In this document: positions 36,469-58,392 of the stretch, one piece after another
Layout: each line of letters begins with the position of its first letter
Position numbering within the stretch: the stretch's first letter is position 1
Source of the DNA: Synchiropus picturatus
Lineage: Eukaryota
Reading direction: 5' to 3'
Assembly: GCA_044231675.1 (NCBI GenBank)
Contig: CM094664.1
Span: 14,296,162-14,360,161 of the forward strand
Length of the DNA stretch: 64,000 bases
Position numbers and translations under genes: made by a program
Notes under the pieces: model-generated
The model's input: only the letters and a program-made list of their open reading frames with translations
Database searches by the model: none
What the model was told of the DNA's origin: nothing

Positions 36469-37899
36469 TGGTCCTGCCTTTCGGAGCGTCACGGTCCACC
36501 GAGCCTTCACCTGTTCGTGTCAGCAATGAGGAGGCGGCGATGTGAACGAGCCCCCAGACTATCAGGAGAGTTTGTGGTGGCAGGGAACCACCAACCAGCA
36601 GGGAACACACACTTATTGAACACTTTTAACTCAGCAGTCTCTGGTCTGATTTTTAACCAGTCCCTGTCAATGCGCCCGACCACTGCCGTCGATTTTATAA
36701 ACCTAAAGGAAACTTGTAACTGCTGCTGCTGCACTGTGTGAGCTGGCCCGACCGGGTCGTGGTGATGTGCAGGTTTAGGGCATCTATAGTTCATTTCATT
36801 AACTATTAACGTATTTAATTGAATTAATTAATTAATGGTTGAATATTTGTCATCCTTTTTAACATTTTCCAGCCAAACCTACAATGATCCTCCTGTTGTG
36901 ACTGAGAGGATGATTTCCTGATGCCTTCTGCTCCAGTGAATTTAGTGTGAACTCCCTGTGCAGAGTGCTTCCCATAGATCTGGGCTGTTTTAAAGTGCTG
37001 AAGCGTTGAGTGGCGTGTAATGGATTGTTTACATCACAGCATGTGTCTTCAGTTATCAGTTTAAAATCACATTAAGTGTCATTCCAATAGATTCTATTGC
37101 CAGGGTGGAGCCTGGAAAGTGCACTCCATCGCCTGAGAGGATGGATTGTTTGCATTATTCCTCAGCTGATGATGCAGCAGAGATGAGTCGAGAAATTGCT
37201 GTGTGTATGGGGTGACAAAAGAACTGGCTGGAGATCAGATTCACTTCCGTCATGACGCCTTCGTCAATCAACTGTCAGTGGCACAAAGAAGTTCATCATC
37301 CAGTGCAGAATTTTCTTTGTACTTGTAAATAAAAAAGAAGTTAAGGAAATTGTACTCATTTGTTGTGCCTATGTTCCCATGTGATCTGTTTCTTCATAAT
37401 GTCAGGTATTCTGTCCTTTTGAATTGTTAAAAATTGAATCTATTATTTGAGTGTAATCTCATACTGAATGTAAAATATAACAACCATGAGCCATACTTAA
37501 TAATGATAAAAATATTGTTTTTATTAAAATATACAGAATATCGACTGTATTTTTATTATAGTGTATGTATTTTCAAGTTCATGGTATGCTATCTTTCAAT
37601 CTTTCTAAATGCACCTTCTTTAATTGTATATGTTTAAAACAAGTATATGTTAAAGATAAATCTGTTACCGGATTTTTACACGTAAAACACGCCCCTTAAT
37701 GGTCAATGTGATTTAATTTGAAATGTTGTAACAGATTTTGTGAGCAAGAGCAAAATATATTCTAAAATATATTATTTCAGTACAGTCTCCCAAACCATAA
37801 TATCATCATTCGACCGACTGTAACTCTTTTTAAAAATCTCAACATAAACAAGACTGATGTGGCAAAGTAAATCAGACTGTAGAGAACTGAATCGCATAG

Positions 37900-38168
37900 A
37901 TCCGCTCTATTGAAGCGGTGCCTGTTGCAGTTCATTGCGTTGCAGCTCTGTATGGTATATGTCTATACTCCGCCGCCGTGGAGCTTTCTGCGTCATTGAA
38001 AAACTTTATTGTTCAAAACCGGAAGACAAAACTGGATACGTGTCAGGAAGCGGAGCTCGAGCCGAAGGCCACTGGACTCTGCTTCCTTGCAGCCTTTAAC
38101 ATTTTTATATCTCTGCGTCTGCTGGGATATAACTTGCAAAAGGATTAGACAAGTCCTCGCTAGTGACC
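37900..38168 (+). promoter_or_regulatory. copa: putative copa promoter and 5'UTR
   Basis: This is the interval between the pex19 polyadenylation signal (aataaa near 37328) and the copa ATG at 38169. No introns are evident here. Confidence 0.3.
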
Positions 38169-46921
<8,753 letters not shown>

Positions 46922-48060
46922 GCGAGAAGACAGGAATCTGTTCAACAAATCCACAATATAGATTTAACTATGTGAGAGTGTATGTCTTCACAGTGATAAG
47001 AGTTTCAATTCCTTCTGCTCCTCTGTGTTTTTCTCTGCATTGGCTTCATCTTAACAACTGCTGCAACACTTCTGCTTTTGTCTTGAGATAAAACAATCCC
47101 AACTTCTATGTATGAAAGAAATAAAACAATGCCACAAGCTGGACTGTTTCTGTGCACAGTGATTCAGAATCCGCATTCAGCTTCCTGTTTATGGCAACCA
47201 CGTGTTGCAACACTCAGTCTGCACATTTGTTCCTTTCCTGCCCTCTGATGAAGGAGCTAACCTCTGCAATCGGGACCCAAATGGAAATCAATTTGTTTGT
47301 AATATATATATGTATGTCTAGTTGCAAGGAGACTTCAAAGATTGTTTGGTTTGCTAAAGCAGGTACATCGCTGTGTGTGATGAGAAGAGGATTGACGTGA
47401 AAAATTTTACTACGGTAACAAAGAGTCTCAATGTAAGTTATGTTTCTGTAGTGTAGTGCACCTGTTACGCCTTTGGGTGGTGGCAACCTCATGAGAATGT
47501 TTATGTTCGTTTGAGTTGCTTCTCATGTTTGTTCAATGTGACTTGCCGTAGAGGTGGGCACGACGAGTCACTGAAGGTAGAACACGTTTAGAAACTGAGA
47601 TCTTATTGAGTGTTCTGTGGTCTGTTTAGAGTTGGTTATTAATTGGAAAATATATTTCGTATTCACTTAATATCTGTGTGTTTGGCTGCATGTGAAGTGT
47701 GCTATTTTGTTAAATTTATTGTGAATGTGAGTGTTCGCTGTCTGCTCTGCAGTTAAGGCTAAAGAGAGAAAAAGAAATAAAAGACACCGAATCTTCTCAA
47801 CACCATCTGCGACCGCCTCTTCGTCTCACCCCATCCACTACATAAAGACCACTACAACGCAGAGTCAAGGAGGGCTACATGTCCATTCGAAAGTACACTT
47901 TCCACTTATCAACTGTGTCTTAAGTGTGCAGACATGTTATTTTCAGAAGTGGAGCGGATCTATATTAGGGGCGTGGCCAGAAGCGGAACTGAAGAGGCGA
48001 AGCCCGGACGATTTCCATGTCAACACTTCCTGTTGTGTTGTTCCTGTGTGAACCAGGAAG

Positions 48061-48118
48061 ATGGACTTTCTCACAATCAAGTGCATCGTTAACTTATTAT
48101 TATGTGGATTTTTAATCG
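48061..48118 (+). CDS. ncstn: ncstn exon 1 (signal peptide)
   Basis: Encodes [19 protein letters not shown](G). The donor is gtaagt. Confidence 0.75.
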
Positions 48119-51100
48119 GTAAGTGACGAGCCTGACCCTTCGGTGATATATCCCCTCTTTGTTATATGAACGTAGAGTGTTTCCCGTGTCCGGAACTTTA
48201 TCCGTTTCGCTTCTTTTGTGTTCGAAGTTAGCCGGATGCTAAGCTAACGACATAGCTGTCTCTTTAGCCAAATCGTTGCTGCTGATAGTTTGAACAACTG
48301 CAGTCAATGGATTAGTGTTGTTTCACATTCGACTTCTTTACAGTGTCTCAAGTTATTGAAGCGCCAGGTTTCACTACTTGAAGAGCCGGGTCTGAGCTCC
48401 TGACTAGAGCGTGACTGCTCGTGATTCCGCCCAGAGCTCCGGGATTAAAACCCACGACGTCATTCGTAGTTTAAGGATTCATTCCAATCCAATGTCGAGA
48501 ATATCAACGGTTGTTTCAGTAAACTGTTATGTTGCGTTGGAAGGAGCCATAATGTATTCGCTTCAACTACATGAAGTTGGACTAATATAAACCATGAAAG
48601 CGTCATTTATACCACTTAAACATCCTTATTGTGCCAGCACACCGTCTCAAAATTGAGAAAAGGGTGTCGGACAACGGACATATGGCCCAAGCTTTAATAT
48701 GGTTAGTCAGATTACACAAACTTAATAAATAAATAAATAAAGTGAAAAGATAAGTCAGAAGTCCATTCCAATAGCCATCTTAGTTCACCACAGTAATACA
48801 ATGAACATGTCGAGATGACAAAAGTACAATAAGATATATATCAGAGTTTGAAGAAACAAAAACATTTTGTTTTAAAAGTAGTGTAAAAGACAGAAGAAAG
48901 TCATTTGAAGACTCCAACTGATGTGAGGCCACGTTAAACCTGCTGACGTCTAGAGTATGAAAGCTTTGATTCCAATTCAGAAGTATTTAGCAATGACTGA
49001 CGGCGATATCCGTCCACGGTTCAACAGATGTTTGTTCTCTCTCAGGCGTCAGCAGCACCGCAGTGGAGGACAAGATTTACGTGGCGCTCAATACGTCCGT
49101 CTCATGTGTACGATTGCTGAATGCAACTCATCAGATCGGCTGCCAGTGTGAGTACTCCCAACTTCCCCCGTCCTGCGGCTGCATGGTTTTGGAGAGATTG
49201 ACTTTGCTTCTCTCCCGTATTCAGCATCATTGTCGGGGAATGTCGGCATTCTTCACGTGCTGGAGTCGGAGGAGAACCTGGAGTTTGTCCTGAGTACTGG
49301 ACGCACCCCTCCCTACTTGGTCATCATTGAGTCACACCTCTTCACCAGGTACTAGTTGCTGCAAATGGGAACCTGTGGGGCAGCCACTGGGACTCTGGAA
49401 TCAGTGGCTCATGCACACACACAGGAAGAGGAAATGCTCCTGACACTGTATTAATGGAAGCTCTGGCAAATGCACAGCCTGCAGACGCAGGCAGAAAACC
49501 AAGCATAACAAAGGACACTTTCATGTATTATGACAGACACACAACCGTAGTAAGAAACACGTTATACACTCATGGTGGAGCTGATCTCCTTGTGTTTGTG
49601 TCCGACAGGTCCGTCATGCTGAAACTCAAGAACAGTACAGACAGGGTGGCGGGTGTCGCGTTGGTGGCCCCCAGCATGAACCCAGCCACAAACTTCTCCC
49701 CACATGTGACCTGCCCCAATGAGAACACGGGTGGGTTCCGTGTGAGGCTTAGTTATTCATATATTACGTCCCGTATTGACGGCTACGTTCTTTTGTACTT
49801 GTGTGTTTTCATGCATTAATGTTTGAAGTGCTGAAACTGTTTTTATCTTCTAAAAGTTCACTTTTGTGATTGAAACTGATGCACCAGTAACTTGAGGTGA
49901 TATGTGGGTTGACCTTTGCCCCCTCCCTCAGGTGTGTATTCAGAGACCTACGGCCCAGAATTAGCTCACTGCAACGTAACGGTGTGGAACCCTGAAGGAA
50001 ACGGACTTTCCTACGAGGATTTCAGATTCCCCATCTTCTTGCTGAAAGACGACAACGACACCACCAGGATTCGACAGGTAAAGTCTGCTTGTATAAAAGA
50101 TGTCATGAGTTTGTGTATTTTTCCCTTCAGTTAGCTCTCAAGCCCGACAAACTATTATTCATTTGAGGTAAAAAATGTCTGTACTCCAGTGCTACATGGA
50201 CCACAACATGCCGGTGAATGGCAGTGAGCCGCAGTACCCGCTGTGTGCCATGGAGCTCCGCTCCCACATGTCCGCCGTCATCGACACGCCCACCTGCATG
50301 AGGAGGAGCGCCGACACCTTCAGCCTCAGTTCTGGTATTTCCCCATCAGACTCACTTCAGATCTGTCGTCGATAGAGAAGAGAATGCTGAAGATGGTGGT
50401 GTCTTTGGCCTCCACAGATAAGGTTTGCGATCCGCTGGGCAACTACAACGTCTGGGCCTCCACCAGACCCATCAACAACACGGCCAAAGGTCACAAGATT
50501 GGCGAGAGTGTGGTCATCGCAGCTGCCAGAGTGAGTGTGTGAGACTCGGAGCTCTCCTAGCAAAACCTTCTGACTCCGTTTCCTCTGCAGATCGACAGCC
50601 ACTCCTTCTTCTTCAGCATCGCGCCCGGAGCACAGAGCGCAGCCTCTGGCTTCATCACCCTGCTGGCTGCCGCTCACGCGCTACGTAATGCCACACAGGC
50701 ATCTCAGCCAAACCGCACCATCCTCTACACCTTCTTCAATGGGGTCAGTTCTTCATGCAGCACCTCCACTGACCTCACCACGCTCACTGGCTTCCCTTCC
50801 TCCAGGAAACATTCGACTACATCGGCAGCTCCAGGATGGTGTACGACATGGAGAACCAGCAGTTCCCGGTGGACCTGGACAACATTCACTCGGTGCTGGA
50901 GGTGGGACAGGTGAGTGTCGGGGGGCTGGTGTCTGAAAGCAGCTTCCAGTTTGTCTCATCTTAACTCGGTCCTCGTGTGACTTCAGTTATTTATTTTTCT
51001 CTTTTTTTTTATAATCTTCATGTCTTTAAAATATTTCTTGAATTGACGTCATCATGTGAGGAGTCATGTGACATGGGGGTGATTCAAGAGGTGATCTTCC

Positions 51101-53063
51101 TGCAGGTTGGTCTCCAGACTGAGCCCCGACTATGGCTCCACTCAGATCCAGTTTCCAGGAGGAACAGCACCGTCAACGATGAGGTTTGTTCTCTGCCGTG
51201 TCCAAGCTCACTCATTTCCTTTCCATTTCTTCTGAACCTCATCTTTCCTCTGCTCATGCTTCCAGGTGACAAATCTGATGGCCAACCTCCACTCCTCGGC
51301 CGCAGCCCTGGGCATCACGGTGGGTGAGCCACCCGTCTCCCAGCCTCTCCCGCCTGCCTCCCTGCAGCGCTTCCTTCTGGCCCGGCCAGTCCCGGGGGTC
51401 GTGATCGAGGACCACCAGTCAACCTACGCCAATAGGTGAGAAGCCCATAACGCTCCATGCAGACGTGCGAGACGCCTCACTGTCGTGTCCGCAGGTTCTA
51501 CCAGAGCATGTACGACAACGCCCAGTACGTGAACGTCTCTTATCCGGCCAACCTGACGGCCGAACAACAGCTGCAGTTTGTCACTGACACGGCCAAGGTG
51601 CTTCCCAACAGTCACTCATGAGATTTTTGGAATTATTAAGTTAATCTTGTGACATTAACACACTCGTGCGTCCTCTCCTTGCAGTCTCTCGCTGACGTCG
51701 CCACCATGGTCGCCCGGTCTTTATACAAGCAGGCCGGAGGCTCAGACGCAGTGGCCAGTGGCATCAACGCCGACCCTCAGATGGTCAGTATTACAGGCCG
51801 AGAACTTCAGCAGTCGTTGTGTGACTCCTTCAATTCAAGTGACCTCGCAGCACCTGCCTGTGTTAGAGCCTTGTCTGGCTGTTTAACTGCTGTGTCGCTG
51901 TGGTGTGTGGCTGACTGATGGCATGGACTCCTGTGTTTGTTTCTCAGGTGACCCGGATCTTGTTCAGCTTCCTGGTGAGCTCCAACAACAGCTGGCTGCA
52001 GGAGATCATCCCAGCTGACTTCAGTGGCCACCTGAGTGAGTTTCAACTAACTCTGGCTTCAGCTGTGGCTCGTAAACCGACTCATCCAGTCCCTGCATGT
52101 GTCATTGTCGGAGTTAAACTGTAATTTTCATGTAAAAGAAAATATTGACGTTGCAGACAAGTCTTCAAAAAATACACCCAAATAAAAAATTTACTTCATT
52201 TGTCTATCAAGTAGCTATTACTGGTCGGTTACTACTCACGTATTTTGACCTCCTGTCATGTGGTAGCAGTTTAATGGTGAACCCTTGAGAGTGAGGTTGT
52301 TAGCTTAGCCTTACGCTCTCTCTCCTCTCAGAAAACGAACCCGCCGACCTCTACGTGGGAGCGTTCCAGCAGTCCATCCACGACAGCGTGGTCATGCTGC
52401 AGCACATGCTCGCCAACCTGACGGGCAGCACCGTCAACGTCACGCAGGAGGACTGTCAGAACCAGCGAGAAGATAAAGAGGATAAAGACAACAAACATGT
52501 ATGTGTTGATACGCCCCCTGCTGGTCGAATGAGAGTAACTATGAGTCTGTAACTACTCCGTTTCCAGCTTTACTACTACATGTGGGTTCAAGGGGCCGCC
52601 CCCACAAACAGCACCACCAGAGAGGGGTTCTGTGTTCGGTCCACCGCCCGGACCTCCAAAGCTGTGTCTCCCGCCATGGAGCTGCTGGGACAGTACAACT
52701 CCAGAAACTACTCTACGTGGACTGAGTCCCGGTGGAAGGAAATCAAAGGGCGCATCTTTCTGGTGGCCAGTCACGACCTGGAGGTGAGTGGCAGTCGTGG
52801 GGGAGGAGAGGTGGGTCACCCTGCGGAGCTTCACCATGAAGAGCCAGCGGACCCGTGGATCATCCGACTTGCTGGGGGGAGACCTCGGGGCAGACCCAGG
52901 ATGCAGCTCAGCCTGACCGTCTGTCTGCTCTCTACCTCAGATGCTGACTCTCGGCGTAGGTGTGGGCGTCCTGCTCACCTCCCTGCTGCTGACATACTTC
53001 CTCAGCTCCAAGGCCGAGGTCCTCTTCAGCTCGGGACGAGAACCCACCAACGCCACCTACTGA
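48061..53063 (+). CDS. ncstn: ncstn (nicastrin, gamma-secretase subunit) gene span, 17 exons, 2112 nt CDS (~703 aa)
   Basis: A signal peptide [20 protein letters not shown] is followed by [25 protein letters not shown]. Conserved nicastrin landmarks follow: CAMELRSHM, the DYIGS domain [60 protein letters not shown] and a C-terminal TM helix [40 protein letters not shown]. All of these align with human NCSTN. The exons are: 48061-48118, 49046-49147, 49225-49348, 49609-49730, 49932-50077, 50190-50334, 50418-50530, 50591-50743, 50806-50910, 51106-51183, 51266-51435, 51495-51597, 51685-51783, 51948-52035, 52332-52498, 52568-52783, 52941-53063. Confidence 0.9.
50806..50910 (+). CDS. ncstn: ncstn exon 9 (DYIGS motif)
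   Basis: Encodes [35 protein letters not shown], matching human [35 protein letters not shown]. Confidence 0.9.
52941..53063 (+). CDS. ncstn: ncstn exon 17 (TM helix plus short cytosolic tail, stop 53061-53063)
   Basis: Encodes [40 protein letters not shown], matching human [39 protein letters not shown]. Confidence 0.85.
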   Translation: MLTLGVGVGVLLTSLLLTYFLSSKAEVLFSSGREPTNATY

Positions 53064-55039
53064 CGGAGGACTTCTACAACCACTGCTCCCTCATGACTAC
53101 TGGATCAAGTCTTTGGCTTCACGACACATGCCGGCACACGGAGCTGCCGCCTGTTTTTGAACTCACTCGGGAGGGGGACCAGGATTTGAACCCATAAGGG
53201 TCAGAAGACTGTAGTCGGTCATCGGTGTAAAGTTGTTCATAGCTCTCTGTGTGGAAGAATGTTGGGGTGTATTACTGGATGGGAGTGTGCGTGTGTGCGT
53301 GCGTAAGGTTCTATGTTTGTGCGCGTGTCTGTGCGTGATTCGCTTGTGATTTATTTTTTTTTTTCCCTGTGTGTGTGTGTTGCAAGGTGCAATACTGTGG
53401 CTATTTTCTTCTGTGTCTAACTTATCGAACCACTTTTTAATGAACAAGCATCAAATGACTCACTAACGCGAGACGTCTCCTCGTCTCAAGAACTAATTTA
53501 CAGTGGAAGCTCGGTTTTCAAACATCCCTGACTTCGAACAAATTGGAGTTTGAATGAAAATTTCGTTTGTTTTTAAGTGACTTTTTACTGAGATTTTTAG
53601 CCGACATGATTCCGATTCTAGGATACAATGGACACAAATAGCCTTGAGGATGAAATTAAACTTTTTTTCTAAAGTTTCTTTTTTTTTATTTCCATTTGGG
53701 TGGGATGCAGCGACGCCTAGTGGAGCTGTGACTGAAGGAGCTTGTAGAACAACCAATAACAGGGAAACAAAAGTATTAAATACAAAACCTTTAAAATCAT
53801 TCATAAAAACGGATGTTATTACCAATTAAAAGGTAGTTTATACTTAACATTAATTATAAAATAGAAATTTCAGTTTTAAGATGTAATTTAAAAGGTCAAA
53901 CCACAAACACAAAAGTTGTTAACTAAAACCTGGTAAATTAATAGATTTAACAGATTAATTCATGAGATGTACATAATAATTGTGTCTTAAAACGATAAAC
54001 AATATTTTACTCCTGATTTATTTTTACTTTATCACAAATATTTCAAATGTTTCTTTGGTAAGACGAAAGAAATGTATCCTGTATGTTTAACAGTATGGTA
54101 AAAGAAATGAGTAAATTTAGGAAAATGTCTCGCTGATGGCATTAATTTGAATTGCATTTGAAATGTACTTAAAACAAAGACGCCCCTCTCATGTCTGTGG
54201 AGTGTGACGACCCCCGCTGTGAGGAGATCTTCATCACCAGTTGTGACCTCACACTTTTGTTGTGTTTATTTGTCTGTGGAATTGAGGTCAAGGGGGGAGG
54301 ATGAGTTGGGGGAGGTTAAAAGTGGGAGACAGTTTGTGAACAAAATGGGGGTCAATGTGTTGCATATTCATCCCTTTCTGGATTCAAATGACCTCTAATC
54401 AACATTCGGACCGTGAATGCCTCAAGCGCTGACCCAGTCCTGGGTTCTGGTGCAGAGGTTAGGGGGCTTGGTTCTGGTGGTCTGAAGGGTCTCTAGGGAG
54501 GATCGGGACCCAATGTGGAGGTAGTAAGTGCTCGCCATTTATCTTGTTCTTCAGTCATTCTGGTTGCAGCAGAGTGCCAGGCGGGGATTAACCAAATGAT
54601 GGCGCCTGTTGGAAGCTTGACTTTTGAGCACTGAAAATATTTCAACCACAGAAGAAGAAAGCAATAAATCGACCTTAAAATTTAGACGTCAGTGTCGAAG
54701 TGGAAGAGCGGAGTTGAGTGGAAATAATTTGTGGAATTCACCTGTGATTCAAGGTGACATTTCATTGTATTAGTTTATTGTTTACATCAAGTTTGAACAT
54801 CATATTCAAACTTCAAAACCCGAAATGGGGGGAGGAGTTGAACCTGAAAATGTCTTTTCTGTGCTGACTGAAAACTGTCACTCAAAAAGTAGCTCTTAAA
54901 ATGAAAAAGAAAATGACCTTAAATTAGAATAAATCCTATCAGTCAATCAAATATAAAGTTTATTTATCGGATACAATACAAGGAAATTGTAATATTTCGA
55001 CATTTTGCATTTTGTCCCTCCCGCTCTCCCGTACATTCA

Positions 55040-55560
55040 CACCCCAGCCCAGACCCCCTGGGGCGGGGAAGCAGAGGCGGGGTCAGCGCGGAGCAGAGGC
55101 GGGGCGCACGGACCAGAGGCTGGGTGGAAAGAAAGTGGAAAGTGAGAGAAATACCTCAATGGACCTTCAGAACTAAGTAAGTGCTCTTTTATCCGACTTA
55201 AATGTGCTCTAAAGCTGCGCTGGTTGTGTGTTGGGCGCCGGGGGGAAGCGGCGCGGCTGCGGCTTCTGCGGTTCGCTGGAACAATGGAGGGAGGACGGTG
55301 GTGGTGGTGCTCGTCCTTTCTCCGAGCGAACTTGCACAGCCGCTATTGTCGCCGAGCCACGTCGCTCTCGGGTCCGCTGTGGCCACCGAAGCGCCGCGTT
55401 CGTCCGTAAACAAAGAACAGACGGAGGAGTAGTGGAGCCGCTCTGAGCATCCGCGGCTCCGCGACCCTCCTCCGGGCTTCTCCATTCATTTTCTGGTTCG
55501 GAGGGGGTCGGAGTCATCCTGGTTCCGGACCACCAGCAGCGGCCTGGGAGTCTCCATTGT
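55040..55560. promoter_or_regulatory. CpG island with no assignable coding sequence
   Basis: Dense CpG and GC content, for example ggggcggggaagcagaggcggggtcagcgcggagcagaggcggggcgcacgg...gcgccggggggaagcggcgcggctgcggcttctgcggttcgc. A possible exon end followed by gtaagt lies near 55185. The ORFs on both strands are low-complexity GC-codon artefacts. Confidence 0.6.
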
Positions 55561-58336
55561 CCCCGGAGAGCTCGTCCTTGTTTACCTTCCAGAAGTGGAT
55601 CTTGAATTTCTTCCTCCAGATCCAGTGTGGACGCTGAAACCGAGCCAGACCGAAGCGAAACCTTCTATAAATCGTTAAAAAATCTGTCCAAAAACGTTTC
55701 AATTCGACTGAAAAATACTTAAAAACTCGTAACATTAGCATACAGAAGTCATTTACATTCACAAGAAAAGTGTGTGTCTGTGGTCAACTCGTTATTTGAA
55801 TTTCAAAGTGCTCAAATTTAAAGTCGAAAAGTAAATACATCAACAAGTAACATTGCTGTCGTAGAATTCTGGAAAATACTGACAATAATGTTTCCAGAAA
55901 ATGGCCGCCTTTCCACACTGAAGCAACGTAGACATTAGCAAATGTAATAAGTAGACTTGTATAACACTACAATGTTTTTATTTTCTACATGATTCTGTTA
56001 AAATGTATCTGTTCAAAATTAAAATTACAGCACACGTTAGATTTTTGCATTAACAGGTAGCATTGAACTACAATGCGTTTTCTTTAAATGATCAACTGAT
56101 AAAAAAAGCCAACTGAAAATGTTCTTCTGAAAATATGAGCCTATATGCACGAGCACGTCTAGCTTCTTCAGTGCATTACAAGTTAAATTTGTGTGTCCTA
56201 ATAATTGTATCCCGTTTTCAACCAGGAATATTCCCATTAATATATGACATTTTAAATAAAATGGTCTCTGAGTATCATCTAATTGAGCTCATTTAGCAAA
56301 AGACGAAAACTAGTTTTGTTGCTATAGCAACACCAGGCTTGTATAATAATTGAAAAATACATTTGAAATAAACCTTGTGAGTTTTAAGCACCTAATGTTT
56401 GTGAGACGTATAGATGCCGTTAGTGTAAAACAAACAGGAGGGAAACAAAGACGCTCATAAAAAGCCACCAGGTCTATAAAAGCTCCGCAGCAGAAGGACC
56501 CAGGTCTCCTCGGGCTGCTCCTTTTAAAAACCACAGCCATCTACTCCTCACTTTGAAATACAAGAACCTGAAAAGGCCTGAAAGCACGGGCGGCTTTTAC
56601 TTTGCTAATATTTTGGCAACATATAAATCAGCTGATGCTTCGGTCGTTTGTTGTGGAAGTCGTGCAGATGGTTGAGGAGTTCAAACCGCGAGCTTCTCGC
56701 CGCGGTTATCACGTGATGTGTCTTAAATGGCGGTGGATAATAACTCACTGTTTTTTTGCCTTGAAAGGTGACTTAGAGATGTTACCCTGGTTAGAGATGT
56801 TTCCATCCATTATGAGAGCTAAGCCAAAAGACAAAGGTGGAGTTCTGAGGTTACCAGCTTTATAGTGAGAAGTACGCGCGAAACTCATTCATGCAGAAGA
56901 AACTGGGACTAGAACCGCAGTTGAGGTAGCGTCTCACTGTTAATCTATGACTTCCTGAGACTTTTCAGAAGATCTGAGACATAGAATAAATCCTTGTCTG
57001 GGTTCCCTGGACCCTGCCAGAAACCCCAGTTGTCCTCCCCCTCCACCGCTCCCCTCAACTCCAGCGGACGTGTTTAAAAGGTTCTGATTTAGCTCCACTG
57101 GACGTAAACAAAGACCCGGTCCAGTGCAGTTAGATTCAGAGGTGGAGATGAGCTTTTGATGTGGGCTTTTAAGGTCCTCCTGAACCAAGTCGGCATAGAT
57201 CAGCTGGAGCGCTTAAGAGTGACGGGTCGGAACCACCTGCTCATGTGGGTCCAGTTGTTGCCTCTGCTGTCACAGTGTGTGTGTGGCCTGCTGATTGTGT
57301 GCGGACTTATTTTCACAGTTGGTCCTCAAATGGCTTCCGAGGGCTCAGAGATGTTCCAGATTGCTCTTCCGGGCGACAGCTGCTGTCATGCTGCCGGCAG
57401 CGGAGAAATGTTTGACAGGTCCACCCGCCGCTGAGACAACAGTTTAAGGTCACATGACTTTAATTTAGTTTGTGGAGCTCCACTTCCTGTCAGTGGATTT
57501 GTCTGTGACTGACACTGGTCTGGTTCGGAGCTGATGATTCAGGATGGCTTCAGTTAGCAACAGTCGAAACAAACACACAAGTGGACTGACACAGCAGTGC
57601 GTTCGTACCTCTGTTAAATTCAGTTTCCTCTGACGTTAGCATAATGCTAGTGACAACAACTTGTATCACAATGTTCCTTAAAATATTCAACTGGAAAATG
57701 GAAAAGTAAACAATTAATATAAAGAAAACAAAAATGTATTAAAATAAATCTTTGTGAGGAACAGTATTGTTGGAAACATTCTGGTGACCTAAACCCGACA
57801 TTAGCGTGAGGTCACATTTAAACAATGACTTGAATGTAGCCATGAGTGAGGTGATGCTACCTAGCTAAATGTGATTTGCAGCGCTCAACTAGACTGCAGC
57901 CTAGTGGAGGGAGGTGGTTACATCGCACATCACTTCATGGACTTGTGCTGTTGGAGCATTTTTTGCTAGTTCTGTTTTGGAATTCAAGTTCAGAGTTGCG
58001 TGAATCCAAGTGGCAGCTGTCGTTTTTCAAGTTCTATTTTTTGATCCTGATTCTTCACACCGAGGCTGCGCTTTTCACCACTTTCTGATATGTCACTGCA
58101 CAACATAGTCGCCGGCTGCTGCAGGACTAGTGAGCTCAGTCTGTCTTCTGAAGAACCCAAATTAAAACGTCTTTAACGACGCCCAGCCGTAGCTGGCTTC
58201 GCCCCGGGGCCGCGAGTTTGATACATAAAAACCAACCATTAGTGAGTGAGCAGGTTCAAAAGCACTGCAGGAATATTTGGCTTGGGTTTGTGATGGAGAC
58301 AACCTCACCATTAATGGAGTCAGTCCAAGGGTTTCA

Positions 58337-58343
58337 TCTGAGA

Positions 58344-58388
<45 letters not shown>
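58337..58388. repeat. (AC)26 dinucleotide microsatellite
   Basis: cacacacacacacacacacacacacacacacacacacacacacacacacac. Confidence 0.95.

Positions 58389-58392
<4 letters not shown>

Noticed and set aside
52580-53197. 205-aa ORF spanning ncstn exon 16 into the intron and beyond.
   Set aside because: Only the first 68 codons, up to ...SHDLE|gtgagt, are nicastrin. The rest is read-through of intron 16 in an open frame. The true last exon starts at 52941 in a different frame.
55514-55762. 82-aa minus-strand ORF ending ...RFQRPHWIWRKKFKIHFWK, followed by gtaaac at the edge of the CpG island.
   Set aside because: It starts in AT-rich non-genic sequence and has no recognisable domain. The apparent donor is most likely coincidental.
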